Shown here in pieces: positions 16,038 through 24,729 of a stretch of 35,972 bases of DNA (within the stretch, counting starts at the first letter, position 1; each line of letters starts with the position of its first letter). The notes under the pieces were generated by a model. The model made no database searches and was not told the DNA's origin. It worked only from the letters and a program-made list of their open reading frames with translations. Both the position numbers and the translations under genes were made by a program. Location of the stretch: IMG/VR virus record IMGVR_UViG_3300021082_000069, positions 1 through 35,972 of that record; one strand, 5' to 3'. This DNA is from a virus. Lineage: Duplodnaviria > Caudoviricetes.

Positions 16038-17479
16038 GCCGGCCGGAGGCGCTGATCAAGTTCCGGAAGTACCAGCTCACCGTGTTCCTGGACCGGAAGT
16101 CGGGCATTTTGATTTTGCACTGGTCGCGGCAGATCGGGAAGTCATTCACGCTGGCGGGCTGGGCGGTGGACCGGCTGCTGACGCAGTTGCAGCGGTATGA
16201 CTCCTGGCTGATCACGGTGCTGAGCAATTCGCGGGACAATGGTGCGGAGTTCAATTTGAAGTGCGGGGAGGTGTGCCGGAAGATGAGCCTGGCGTTTGAG
16301 AGCGAGGATAGCTCGCCGGATCTGACGTATGAGAATATGCGGATGGAATGCCGGATCACACTGAAGGTGGAGGGGCGGGAGCGGGTAGGCCGGATCAAGG
16401 TGCTGGCCGCGAACCCGAGGACGGCGCGGGGTTTCTCCGGGGATTTGATCCTGGACGAATTCGGGTTTCACGAGGATAGCAACGCGATTTGGGAGGCGGC
16501 GGAGCCGATCCTGTCAGCGAACCCGGAGTTTCTGTGCCGGATATCATCCACGGGGAACGGGAAGCACAACATGTTTTACCGGATGTGTTCGGGGGAGGGG
16601 CCGAATGACGGGACGCCGTTTTTGTCGGCGGCGGGTTTCCGGGTGTGCCGGGTGACGCGGACGGAGGCGCACCGGATGGGGGTGAAGGTTTACGATCCGA
16701 ACACACGGAAGCCGATCACGCCGGAGGAGGCGCGGGCGAAGGCGATGGACAAGCGGGCGTATGATCAGAATTACGAGTGCCGGTTCAATGACGAGAACAT
16801 GGCGCTGCTGACGCACGAGTTGATCAGCGCGGCGCAACGGATCGAGACGCCAGTGGATAATCAGCGGTGGAGCGAGGCCAGCATCCAGCGAATGTTCCGG
16901 GCCCAGGGTGATTTGTACGTGGGGAATGATATTGGGCGGAACCGGGATTTGTCAGTGGTGACGGTGCTGGAGAAGGTGGGGCAGTTGAAGCGGGTGATTG
17001 GGATGCTGCGGATGAGCGGGATGCGGATGCCGGCGCAGCAGGAACAGGTGGACGCGGTGTGCCGGCTGCCCAAGTTCCGGGGGTATGAGGGTGATATGAC
17101 GGGCCTGGGAGTGGGCCTGGTGGAGTATTTGCAGGAGACTCATGGCGATTACCGCATCCGCGGGGTGAATTTTGCATCAACGGAGCCGTTGACGGAGCGG
17201 ATCCGGTCGGACGGCCGGCGGGGGGAGACGGCGCGGGTGACGGAGATCATGGCGACGAATCTACTGGCATGCTTTGAGGAGCGGTCGATTGAGATTCCGG
17301 ATGACCAGGAGTTGAGGGATGACCTGGTGAAGCCGGAGAAGATCACAACACCAGGTGGGCGGGTGAGTATTGCGGCGACACGGGATGAGGCTGGCCACGC
17401 GGATCATTTCTGGAGCCTGGCGCTGGCGGTGAGAGCGGCAGAGATGCGGACGGTGAAATATTTTGCGGCGGTGATCTAA
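16034..17479 (+). CDS. terL: Terminase large subunit (Mu gp28-like)
   Basis: WSRQIGKS, ANPRTARGFSGDLILDEF, SSTGNG, GNDIGRNRD, DMTGLG, GHADHFWSLALA; start re-called to ATG 16034. Confidence 0.95.
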   Translation: MSRPEALIKFRKYQLTVFLDRKSGILILHWSRQIGKSFTLAGWAVDRLLTQLQRYDSWLITVLSNSRDNGAEFNLKCGEVCRKMSLAFESEDSSPDLTYENMRMECRITLKVEGRERVGRIKVLAANPRTARGFSGDLILDEFGFHEDSNAIWEAAEPILSANPEFLCRISSTGNGKHNMFYRMCSGEGPNDGTPFLSAAGFRVCRVTRTEAHRMGVKVYDPNTRKPITPEEARAKAMDKRAYDQNYECRFNDENMALLTHELISAAQRIETPVDNQRWSEASIQRMFRAQGDLYVGNDIGRNRDLSVVTVLEKVGQLKRVIGMLRMSGMRMPAQQEQVDAVCRLPKFRGYEGDMTGLGVGLVEYLQETHGDYRIRGVNFASTEPLTERIRSDGRRGETARVTEIMATNLLACFEERSIEIPDDQELRDDLVKPEKITTPGGRVSIAATRDEAGHADHFWSLALAVRAAEMRTVKYFAAVI

Positions 17480-18132
17480 TGAAAGCCGAAACCCGAAAAC
17501 CGAATTCCGAGAGAAGTCCGAAGGGCGAAAGCCGAAGGGGGCGAGGGTCGAGGGGCGAGGGTCGAGGGGCGGGGCTACGGGGCTCTACGGCGTTTTCTGG
17601 GCTCCATTGGTGCGGGTTGGGGCTCCGGCGCGGCTACGGGGCTGTTAACGGGCTTTTAAGTACCTCCCTGAAGGTGGTTACACTGAGCATTTTGGGTCGC
17701 GCACACGGCATCCTCCTACCGACTCCCACCCGGACCTGGTTGTCCGGGTTGTGCGCGGCTCTTGTTTTGGCGGGTTGTGCGCAGGAAAATGTGAAAGGGG
17801 CGAGGGGCGGGGGGCGAGGGGTGGAAGAATGGAAGGGTGGAAGGGTGGAATTTCCGGCGTTACCGGGGGACGTGGGACGTGGGGCGAGGGTCGAGGTGGG
17901 GAGTGGCGAGACGCCGCCGCCACCCGCAGCCGGGGACGGCCGCGTTACGGTGGTGCTCGCTTGGTCGAATGTTCCGGTTGGGTTGCCCGTGACCTGGAAG
18001 ACTGGAGTGGAAGGTTCAACGAACCTGGTTAACTGGGAGTTGATCGCGATGGTGCCTTACGCGAGTTCGAACCTGGTGACTTTGAGCAATCAGCCGGCGG
18101 TGCGGTTTTACCGGGTCTATAACACGTACTAA
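17479..18132 (+). CDS. Probable lipoprotein with STNLxxW...FYRV C-terminal domain; true start uncertain
   Basis: LVLAG-C lipobox about 100 codons into the ORF; C-terminal VEGSTNLVNW...RFYRV; the 5' part is mostly repeat-derived. Confidence 0.55.
   Translation: MKAETRKPNSERSPKGESRRGRGSRGEGRGAGLRGSTAFSGLHWCGLGLRRGYGAVNGLLSTSLKVVTLSILGRAHGILLPTPTRTWLSGLCAALVLAGCAQENVKGARGGGRGVEEWKGGRVEFPALPGDVGRGARVEVGSGETPPPPAAGDGRVTVVLAWSNVPVGLPVTWKTGVEGSTNLVNWELIAMVPYASSNLVTLSNQPAVRFYRVYNTY
17903..17948 (-). repeat. REP-like double hairpin inside a CDS
   Basis: Minus strand GTAA-CGCGGCCG-TCCC-CGGCTGCG followed by a GGCG-TCT-CGCC hairpin. Confidence 0.6.
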
Positions 18133-18180
18133 CCGACGGAAGACTGGAATGATGGAAGGCTGGAATACTGGAATTTTGGA

Positions 18181-18435
18181 ATGATGGATCGAACTGCCAA
18201 TTCGCGGACGATGCGGGTGCTCCGGATGATCGGGGAGGGGCTTTGCATTAAGGAGATCGCGTCGCTGCTGTCGGTGAGCTGCAAGACGGTGGAGTACCAC
18301 TGGGGACAATGCAAACGGGTTTACGGGTTCCGGTGTTACCAGGATGCGACGCATTTTTGTCTGAGCTCCCGGATGATCCGGAATGAGTTTGATCCTGGGG
18401 ATGAAACCAGGGAGGCGGTTAACCAGGCGTTTTGA
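18181..18435 (+). CDS. Stand-alone LuxR/GerE-type HTH protein
   Basis: RVLRMIGEGLCIKEIASLLSVSCKTVEYH, the LuxR signature; no receiver domain. Confidence 0.85.
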   Translation: MMDRTANSRTMRVLRMIGEGLCIKEIASLLSVSCKTVEYHWGQCKRVYGFRCYQDATHFCLSSRMIRNEFDPGDETREAVNQAF

Positions 18436-18437
18436 TC

Positions 18438-20684
18438 ATGAGCTTGATTTCCAAATTGAAGGGGTGGCTGGGGGCGCGGACGAAGTCGATGAACGTTTCG
18501 GCGTGGATGCGGGGGGAGGAATCCGGGCCGACGGAGCGGATGGTATCACCGTATTCTCAATCGGCCTGGGTGCAATCCGCGATCAAGAAGGTGGCGCAGC
18601 CTATTTCCGCGGTGGGTGTGGATTTTTACCGGGCCGGGACAGGCGCCCGCGGCCGAGGGCGAGGGCGACGGGCGTACACTACTTCGCGCGGGGTGGTGAG
18701 GCGGAGCGACGACCAGGCGGTGGAGCTGCCGGCGATGGAGGAGTTCCTGCGCGCGCCAATGCAAGGGATGGATCGCACAGACCTGGTGGAGGCGACGGTC
18801 GGCTGGCTCAAGCTGGCTGGGGAGTCGTTTTGGATCCTGCCGGATGACGTGCTGATAATGCACCCGAACGAGCGGCGGACGTTTCAGATCATCGTGGGAC
18901 GGCCGGATCGGATGCGGCACGTGGATGAGAATGGAGCGATCAAGGGCTGGGTGTTCTCGGATGCCAAGGGGCGGTCGATACCACTGCTGGCGGAACAGGT
19001 GATCCACACGAAGTTTTGGAATCCGTATGACCCATACCGCGGGCTGGGCGAGTTCGAGGCGGCCCGGATCGCGGCGGACTCGGCCTGGCTGGCGGGGAAG
19101 TTCAAGCGGAATTTGATGGCGGGCAACGGGGATACCGGACCGTACGTGGTGGCCAAGAACGGAATCCCGAGCGACGAGCAACGGGAGCAAATCCTGGAGG
19201 AGTTGCGCAGGAAACGAGCGGCGCAGTTGCGCGGGGAATTCCGGCCGATCTTTTTGAGCGGGGATATCGCGGTGGAGGATCCGCGGATCCGGGTGGTGGA
19301 TGCGGCGTTTATCGCGGGGCAGATTGAGGACCGGCACGAAATCTACGTGGCGTTTGGAGTGCCGCCCAGCATGGCGGATGTGAAGGCGGCGTATTCGATT
19401 GGAAGCGCATCGGATTTCTACCAGCTAATTACTACTACGTGCGTGCCCACCGGGGAGAAGTTTGCCGGGGCGCTGGAGAAGCTGGCGCGGAAGATGATCG
19501 GCCAGGAGGTCGAGTGCCTGCTGGATTGGAATGAGCACCCCGTGATGCAGGAGGTCCGCAAGGAACGGCTGCAGGCGATTGACGGGCTGTGGTCGAAAGG
19601 GATGCCGATGGAGGAGATCAGCGAGTATTTGGGGCTGGCGCTGCCGGAGTTTACCGGATGGGAGCGCGGGTATCTGCCGTTCAGTGTGTCGCCGGTGGAG
19701 GATGCCGCGGTGAGCCCAAGCGAGGATCCGAGCCTGGCGGAGACGGGGAATGGGACCGGGAATGCTGAAGACGAAGGGAATAATGGAATTTTGGAAGATG
19801 GAAAAAATGGGGGCGAGGGGCGAGGGGCGAGGGGCGCCGTGGCTGAGGCTTTGCGGTCGATTGAACTGGTGACTTCGCGGGCGGATAGCACGGCGGTTTG
19901 GGAGGGGCACATGCGGAAGCGGAAGCCTACGGTGCGGGCGTTTGAATCGAAGGTGCGCAAGGTGCTGATGGATTTTCGGGCGGAGACACTGCGGAAGCTG
20001 GAGGGGATACGACTGGGAGGGAAGGGAATGGTGGAAGGATGGAAGGTTGGGGAGGTTGGGGAAACCACAACGCGGGGGCTTATTGATTTGATTTTTGATC
20101 CGGAGCGGTTTGCTCGGGCTTTGCAGTTGTCGGTAAACCCGGTGATGAGTTCAGCGCTGCAGGTGGCGGGTGAGCAGTTGTTCCAGGAGATCGGGAAGTA
20201 TGATCCGTGGAAGATGCCGCCGGCGGAGGCGGTGAAGTTTATCCAGGAGCGGAATCAACTGGTGGCGGGGTGCAGTGCGACGGCGCGGCAGCAGTTAAAC
20301 ACGGCACTGGAACAGGGGCTTAAAGACGGTTTAAGCGCGGATGAATTGGCGGACCAGGTGAAGGGGGTTTTCAACAAGCTGTCGACGTATGAGGCGCGGC
20401 GGATCGCGAACACGGAGACGCAGGCGGCATTCAGCACAGCGCGGGATGCGGCGATGAAACAGGCGGGGGTGAAGTTCAAGTCCTGGCTGAGTTCGCACGG
20501 GCCGAATGTGAGGCCGACGCACGCGGCGGCGGAGGTGCGGTATGGGAATGACCCGATCCCGGTGGATGAGCCGTTCGTGGTCGGGGGCGAGGAGCTGAGG
20601 TATCCAGGGGATCCGGAGGGGTCACCGGGGAACATCATCAACTGCCAGTGTGTGGCGTTGTCGGTGAAGGCGCCGAAGGGGTGA
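18438..20684 (+). CDS. HK97-type portal protein fused to a Mu gpF/SPP1 gp7-like head morphogenesis domain
   Basis: Portal motifs (LKLAGESFW, EQVIHTKFWNPYDPYRGLG, IYVAFGVPP) then ARRIANTET, KSWL...VRPTH, F.VGGE.LRYPGDP, NIINCQC; one continuous ORF. Confidence 0.9.
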   Translation: MSLISKLKGWLGARTKSMNVSAWMRGEESGPTERMVSPYSQSAWVQSAIKKVAQPISAVGVDFYRAGTGARGRGRGRRAYTTSRGVVRRSDDQAVELPAMEEFLRAPMQGMDRTDLVEATVGWLKLAGESFWILPDDVLIMHPNERRTFQIIVGRPDRMRHVDENGAIKGWVFSDAKGRSIPLLAEQVIHTKFWNPYDPYRGLGEFEAARIAADSAWLAGKFKRNLMAGNGDTGPYVVAKNGIPSDEQREQILEELRRKRAAQLRGEFRPIFLSGDIAVEDPRIRVVDAAFIAGQIEDRHEIYVAFGVPPSMADVKAAYSIGSASDFYQLITTTCVPTGEKFAGALEKLARKMIGQEVECLLDWNEHPVMQEVRKERLQAIDGLWSKGMPMEEISEYLGLALPEFTGWERGYLPFSVSPVEDAAVSPSEDPSLAETGNGTGNAEDEGNNGILEDGKNGGEGRGARGAVAEALRSIELVTSRADSTAVWEGHMRKRKPTVRAFESKVRKVLMDFRAETLRKLEGIRLGGKGMVEGWKVGEVGETTTRGLIDLIFDPERFARALQLSVNPVMSSALQVAGEQLFQEIGKYDPWKMPPAEAVKFIQERNQLVAGCSATARQQLNTALEQGLKDGLSADELADQVKGVFNKLSTYEARRIANTETQAAFSTARDAAMKQAGVKFKSWLSSHGPNVRPTHAAAEVRYGNDPIPVDEPFVVGGEELRYPGDPEGSPGNIINCQCVALSVKAPKG

Positions 20685-20759
20685 GGGACGAGGGGCGAGG
20701 GGCGAGGGAATGATGGAAGACTGGAAGACTGGAAGACTGGAATGATGGAAGACTGGAAT
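20683..20759 (+). repeat. Composite tract: GAGGGGC heptamers plus TGGAAGAC/TGGAATGA octamers
   Basis: Fills the whole portal-protease intergenic gap. Confidence 0.9.
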
Positions 20760-20766
20760 CTTGAAT

Positions 20767-21486
20767 ATGAAGACTGTGACTAAGACGATTTACCCGGTGG
20801 CACGGGTGATGGATGCGGCAAAGGGCCTGGTGGAGTATGTGGCGTCCGATGAGACGCTGGATAGCTACCGGGAGGTGATCCGGGTTTCGGGCTGGCGGTT
20901 CGACTTGTTCAAGCGAAACGCGCCGTTCCTGGACTCGCACAAGTATGACTCGATTGGGGTGCAACTGGGGAAGGTGGTGGATTTCAAGGTGGACCGGCTG
21001 AACGGGAAGCCGGCGCTGGTGGAGGTGGTGCAGTGGGCGATTGACGTGCCCGAGAACGAGTTGGCGAAGCTAGGGTTCCGCATGACGGAGAAGGGATATG
21101 CCAAGGCGGTGAGCGTGGGGTTCTGGCCGGTCAAGATGGTGACGAGCTGGAGCGATGACAAGTCGGCTTACCAGGCTCAATTGCTGGAGCTGGGGCTGGG
21201 CGGGGACAACGCGCCGCGAGTGGTTTACCTGGAGCAACAGCAGGTGGAATTGAGCGCCTGCGTGATCGGCGCAAACCCGAACGCGCTGGCGCGGGCCTAC
21301 AAGGCGGGATGCCTCTCGGATGAGGACCTGGTGCTGCTGGAAACGCAGCGCAACAAGATTTCGTTGCCTGAAACTGACGATGAACACGCTGGATCCGCTG
21401 ATGACTCTGCCGATGTGGATCTGGCCTTGCGGCAGGCGTCGTTGGGACTGATGGCGACGGTAGTGAAGCTGTCAAAAAGCTTCTAA
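20767..21486 (+). CDS. HK97-type prohead protease
   Basis: ASDETLDSYREVI, FLDSH, AVSVGF, ELSACVIGANPNAL; start re-called to ATG 20767. Confidence 0.9.
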   Translation: MKTVTKTIYPVARVMDAAKGLVEYVASDETLDSYREVIRVSGWRFDLFKRNAPFLDSHKYDSIGVQLGKVVDFKVDRLNGKPALVEVVQWAIDVPENELAKLGFRMTEKGYAKAVSVGFWPVKMVTSWSDDKSAYQAQLLELGLGGDNAPRVVYLEQQQVELSACVIGANPNALARAYKAGCLSDEDLVLLETQRNKISLPETDDEHAGSADDSADVDLALRQASLGLMATVVKLSKSF

Positions 21487-21487
21487 A

Positions 21488-21517
21488 AAGCAGAAAGCAG
21501 AAAGTAGAAAGCTGAAA
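21488..21517 (+). repeat. Heptamer tract GCAGAAA x4 (also 25529-25559)
   Basis: aagcagaaagcagaaagtagaaagctgaaa. Confidence 0.85.
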
Positions 21518-21522
21518 TTGTT

Positions 21523-22998
21523 ATGAAGAAATACAGGAAAAAAATGGCGACGCTGCGGCTGATGGCACTGGCAGCGACGGTAATTGTGTGTGCCCTGTTG
21601 TTCCCGGCATTGCTGGCTCTGTTGATAGCGAAGCCGGCAGCGATCGGCGGCCTGGCCCTGGCGGCGATGTTCCCGATATTGCCGCGCCGGTGTGATGCTC
21701 CCGATAACGGGGGCGGCGGCGGCGGCGGTGTGGCCGAAGCGCTGACGAGGACGGCGACGGCCCTGGACAGTCTGGATGGCCGGTTAAAATCCGCCGACAG
21801 CAAGATCGTGGAGTTGGAGAAGAAGTACGGCACGGAGCTGACTCCCTTGAAGGATGACATCACCGCGCTGAAGACCGGCCAGAATGAATTGAAGTCGGGC
21901 ATGGATGAGATCAAGCGATCGAGGCTGATCACGCCGAGGACGTTGACGATTCCGCGGCGGGGTCATATCAGTGACGAATGCGCCCGCGCTGTGGCGGCCC
22001 AGTTCATCCTCCACTGTGAGCGAAGCGGGAAGATGGAGGCGCTGACATCGGTGGTGAGCCAGCGGGATGCGTTGCTGGACCAGGCGCGCGGCGCGCTGGG
22101 AATCAGCGTAAAGACGGCGCTGAGCACGAGCGATATTCCGCTCCCGACGGAGTTTGGATCGGAAATCAAAGGGCTGATCAGCGAGTTCGGCACGGTGCGC
22201 AAGGGCATGTCGATGTATCCGATTGGCATGGGGACGGCACGGCCGGCGCGCTGGGGAACAAGGCCGCAATTTGGCTCAATTGCCATGTCGGCCAGCATTA
22301 CTGAGAAATCGCCGACGCTGACGTTTGCGTCTCTGGAATCGCACAAGGTGGGCGGATTGGTGCGGCTGCCGCGCGAGATCGACGAGCAGAGCATTGTTCC
22401 GATGGGCCAGTTCCTGGCGCGTTACGGGGCGGTGGAGTTTGCCCGCGCGGAAGATACCTGGGGATTCCTGGCGGACGGCTCCGCGACTTACGAGAGTGCG
22501 GTCACCGGCGTTTGCAAGACGGCGCGTGATAACACGAAGTCGGTAGTGTTGGCCTCGACGAAGACGAAGCCGAGCGATGCCACCCTGGCGGACTTCCGCG
22601 CACTGCGGACGAAGGTGAACAAAGCCGCGCTGAACGGCCGGTTATCGGCTTACTACCTGGACAGCACGTGGGAAACAGCCCTGCCGGCTTTCCGGACGGC
22701 GGCGGAACCGAATGTGTATCAGCGGCTGCCGGATGGCTCCGCGATACTGGACGGTTACCCGATCGTGTGGACGGATGTGCTGGAGCCTTACGGGACGGCC
22801 GCGGCAGCGGACAAGTACATTGCGGCGTTTGGCGCGCTGTCCTTCTGGTGGATGGGAGAACACGGCTCCCCGCGGATCGACACCTCGGAGCACGTGTTTT
22901 TCGCGAATGACCAGCTTGCGGTGCGGTTCATCGAAGAGATCGACTTCGATTATGCCGCGCTGGACGCGATGGCGGTCATGATCACGGCCGCCAGCTAA
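21523..22998 (+). CDS. Major capsid protein (HK97 fold) with hydrophobic N-terminal leader and coiled-coil scaffold domain
   Basis: Follows the protease; IPLPTEF, KVGGLVRLPREIDEQS, ILDGYPIVWT, AFGAL, FANDQLAVRFIEEID motifs. Confidence 0.92.
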   Translation: MKKYRKKMATLRLMALAATVIVCALLFPALLALLIAKPAAIGGLALAAMFPILPRRCDAPDNGGGGGGGVAEALTRTATALDSLDGRLKSADSKIVELEKKYGTELTPLKDDITALKTGQNELKSGMDEIKRSRLITPRTLTIPRRGHISDECARAVAAQFILHCERSGKMEALTSVVSQRDALLDQARGALGISVKTALSTSDIPLPTEFGSEIKGLISEFGTVRKGMSMYPIGMGTARPARWGTRPQFGSIAMSASITEKSPTLTFASLESHKVGGLVRLPREIDEQSIVPMGQFLARYGAVEFARAEDTWGFLADGSATYESAVTGVCKTARDNTKSVVLASTKTKPSDATLADFRALRTKVNKAALNGRLSAYYLDSTWETALPAFRTAAEPNVYQRLPDGSAILDGYPIVWTDVLEPYGTAAAADKYIAAFGALSFWWMGEHGSPRIDTSEHVFFANDQLAVRFIEEIDFDYAALDAMAVMITAAS

Positions 22999-23005
22999 GC
23001 GAATT

Positions 23006-23085
23006 CCCAGCCGGGTGAGGGTTACCTGGCTGGGGGTTTGAGGTGATGGGCTGCAGGGCCGATTGGGGTTGGCCCTGCAGCTTTT
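23006..23085 (+). terminator. Two hairpins after the capsid gene, the second with a U-tract
   Basis: CCCAGCCGGGTGA/TTACCTGGCTGGG (23006-23034) and GCTGCAGGGCCGA/TTGGCCCTGCAGC-TTTT (23050-23085). Confidence 0.7.
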
Positions 23086-23092
23086 CCGGAAA

Positions 23093-23170
<78 letters not shown>

Positions 23171-23184
23171 CTGAAAGGAAATTT

Positions 23185-23373
23185 ATGCCGTTGGCGAAGT
23201 TGTCGGAGAGGAAGAGGGAGGCGGTGGAGCGGGTGGAGCGGCAGGCGCCGGAGCCGCGGAACCGGATGGTTAGGCGGGAGATGGTGCATGAGCGGCGGGT
23301 GACGAAGCGGACGCTCAGGGAGATGATTGACGGCAGAGAGAGGGATTGGACGCCGGCGCATATTTGCGACTAA
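23185..23373 (+). CDS. Small charged hypothetical protein
   Basis: 62 aa from ATG 23185 after an AT-rich leader. Confidence 0.6.
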   Translation: MPLAKLSERKREAVERVERQAPEPRNRMVRREMVHERRVTKRTLREMIDGRERDWTPAHICD

Positions 23374-23375
23374 TC

Positions 23376-23415
23376 GAGAATTGAGAATTGAGAATTGAGA
23401 ATTTGAAATTGGGAA
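23376..23415 (+). repeat. Heptamer tract GAGAATT x4-5
   Basis: cgagaattgagaattgagaattgagaatttgaaattggga. Confidence 0.9.
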
Positions 23416-23424
23416 ACCGGTAAC

Positions 23425-23454
23425 GACGGACGCCTCGGCGAGGCGTCCCTACCT
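23425..23454 (-). repeat. GTAG-type REP-like palindrome, copy 2
   Basis: Identical to 14644-14673, same orientation. Confidence 0.85.
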
Positions 23455-23459
23455 GAAAT

Positions 23460-24077
23460 ATGAAATGCGGACTTAGTAATTTGACGATTTTGAAGCGGTA
23501 TCTTTTGCCGGATACCTTGGCGACGGATCGGAAGTTCGATGCGGTGCTGCAGGGCATCGGGCTGGGGGTGGCGGGGTTATTCGATTCGGTGTGCAATCGG
23601 AAGCTCGATTACTTGGAAGGCGCGGAGGCGGTTTTTACGGGGGACCGGGAGCATTTCACGCTGCCGCGGTATCCGGTGGTGAGCGTGACGTCGGTGGAGG
23701 CCATAGGGGTGGCGGGGGATTTGCCCTACACGATTAATGAGGGTTCCGGGTTGATCAGGTTCTTTGGAACGATCGGTTCGGAGCGGAGCCAGGTGCGGGT
23801 GGTTTGGACTGGCGGCTACTGGTTTGAGGCACTGGAGCCGGATGATGAGGGGTATCCGAGCGCTCGGCCGGCGGGGGCGACGGAGCTGCCGAATGATTTG
23901 CAGGCGGCGTTTCTGCTGCAATGTGAGCAGGTATGGCAGACGCATGACCGACTAGGGACGGGACTCGTGGGGGATGGCGCCGGGTCCGCATTCCTAAACA
24001 CCCGGCTTTCGACATTGGAGTTGGTGCCGCTAGTGGTGACGATGCTGAATGGCTATCGGAGGTACCAATTGAGTTGA
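23460..24077 (+). CDS. Head-tail adaptor (gp6/gp15-like)
   Basis: LKRYL...D..L...CNRKL...LPRYPVVSVTSV...VRVVWTGGY...LPNDLQAA...LNGYRR. Confidence 0.85.
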   Translation: MKCGLSNLTILKRYLLPDTLATDRKFDAVLQGIGLGVAGLFDSVCNRKLDYLEGAEAVFTGDREHFTLPRYPVVSVTSVEAIGVAGDLPYTINEGSGLIRFFGTIGSERSQVRVVWTGGYWFEALEPDDEGYPSARPAGATELPNDLQAAFLLQCEQVWQTHDRLGTGLVGDGAGSAFLNTRLSTLELVPLVVTMLNGYRRYQLS

Positions 24078-24105
24078 GGGTTGAGAGACCAGAAAGCAAA
24101 AACGA

Positions 24106-24633
24106 ATGGCTGATAGTTATAGAGTCGAGTTGACGCCGGAGGCGGTGGCGGTGATGGGCCGGCTGAAGGATCCGACGCCAATGCTGGCGGCGGTGGCTAA
24201 GGCTTTGGATGAGGAGAACGCTTATTCGGTTTCGCACATTCAGAAGGAGTATCTGAGTTTTCCGAAGGATGGGCCAGCGGTGGCGATTGGGTTGCGGGCG
24301 GTATCAAATAGTTATCGGCGGAGTTTGTTTGCGGCGCCGGCGACGATGGAGGGCGGGCGGTTGGTGAGTTCGATTGGGTCGAACGTGACGAACCGCGGGG
24401 TGAGTTATCCGGCGGTGCATGAGTTTGGGGCAACGATTCCGCCGCACAAGATCACGGCGAAGGGGAAGGCGCTGCGGTTTATGATCGGGGACCGACTGGT
24501 GTTTCGGAAGTCGGTGAATCATCCAGGGGCGGTGTTGCCGGCGCGGCGGCCGATACAGCGGGGGCTGGAGGATCGGACGCAGGATTATCGGGAGTCGGTG
24601 AGCGCTGCGATTGTCAACTGCTGGGAGGGGTGA
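24106..24633 (+). CDS. Virion morphogenesis / tail completion protein (Mu gpG-like)
   Basis: IGSNV...YPAVHEFGATI...KALRF...PARRPI motif. Confidence 0.85.
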   Translation: MADSYRVELTPEAVAVMGRLKDPTPMLAAVAKALDEENAYSVSHIQKEYLSFPKDGPAVAIGLRAVSNSYRRSLFAAPATMEGGRLVSSIGSNVTNRGVSYPAVHEFGATIPPHKITAKGKALRFMIGDRLVFRKSVNHPGAVLPARRPIQRGLEDRTQDYRESVSAAIVNCWEG

Positions 24634-24635
24634 AG

Positions 24636-24728
24636 GGTGGAATACTGGAAGAGTGGAATGATGGAAGAGTGGAAGACTGGAAGACTGGAATGATGGAATT
24701 TTGGAATTTTGGAATTTTGGAATGATTG
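24636..24728 (+). repeat. Longest octamer tract, TGGAA-NNN about 11 units
   Basis: tggaatac tggaagag tggaatga tggaagag tggaagac tggaagac tggaatga tggaattt tggaattt tggaattt tggaatga. Confidence 0.92.
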
Positions 24729-24729
24729 A

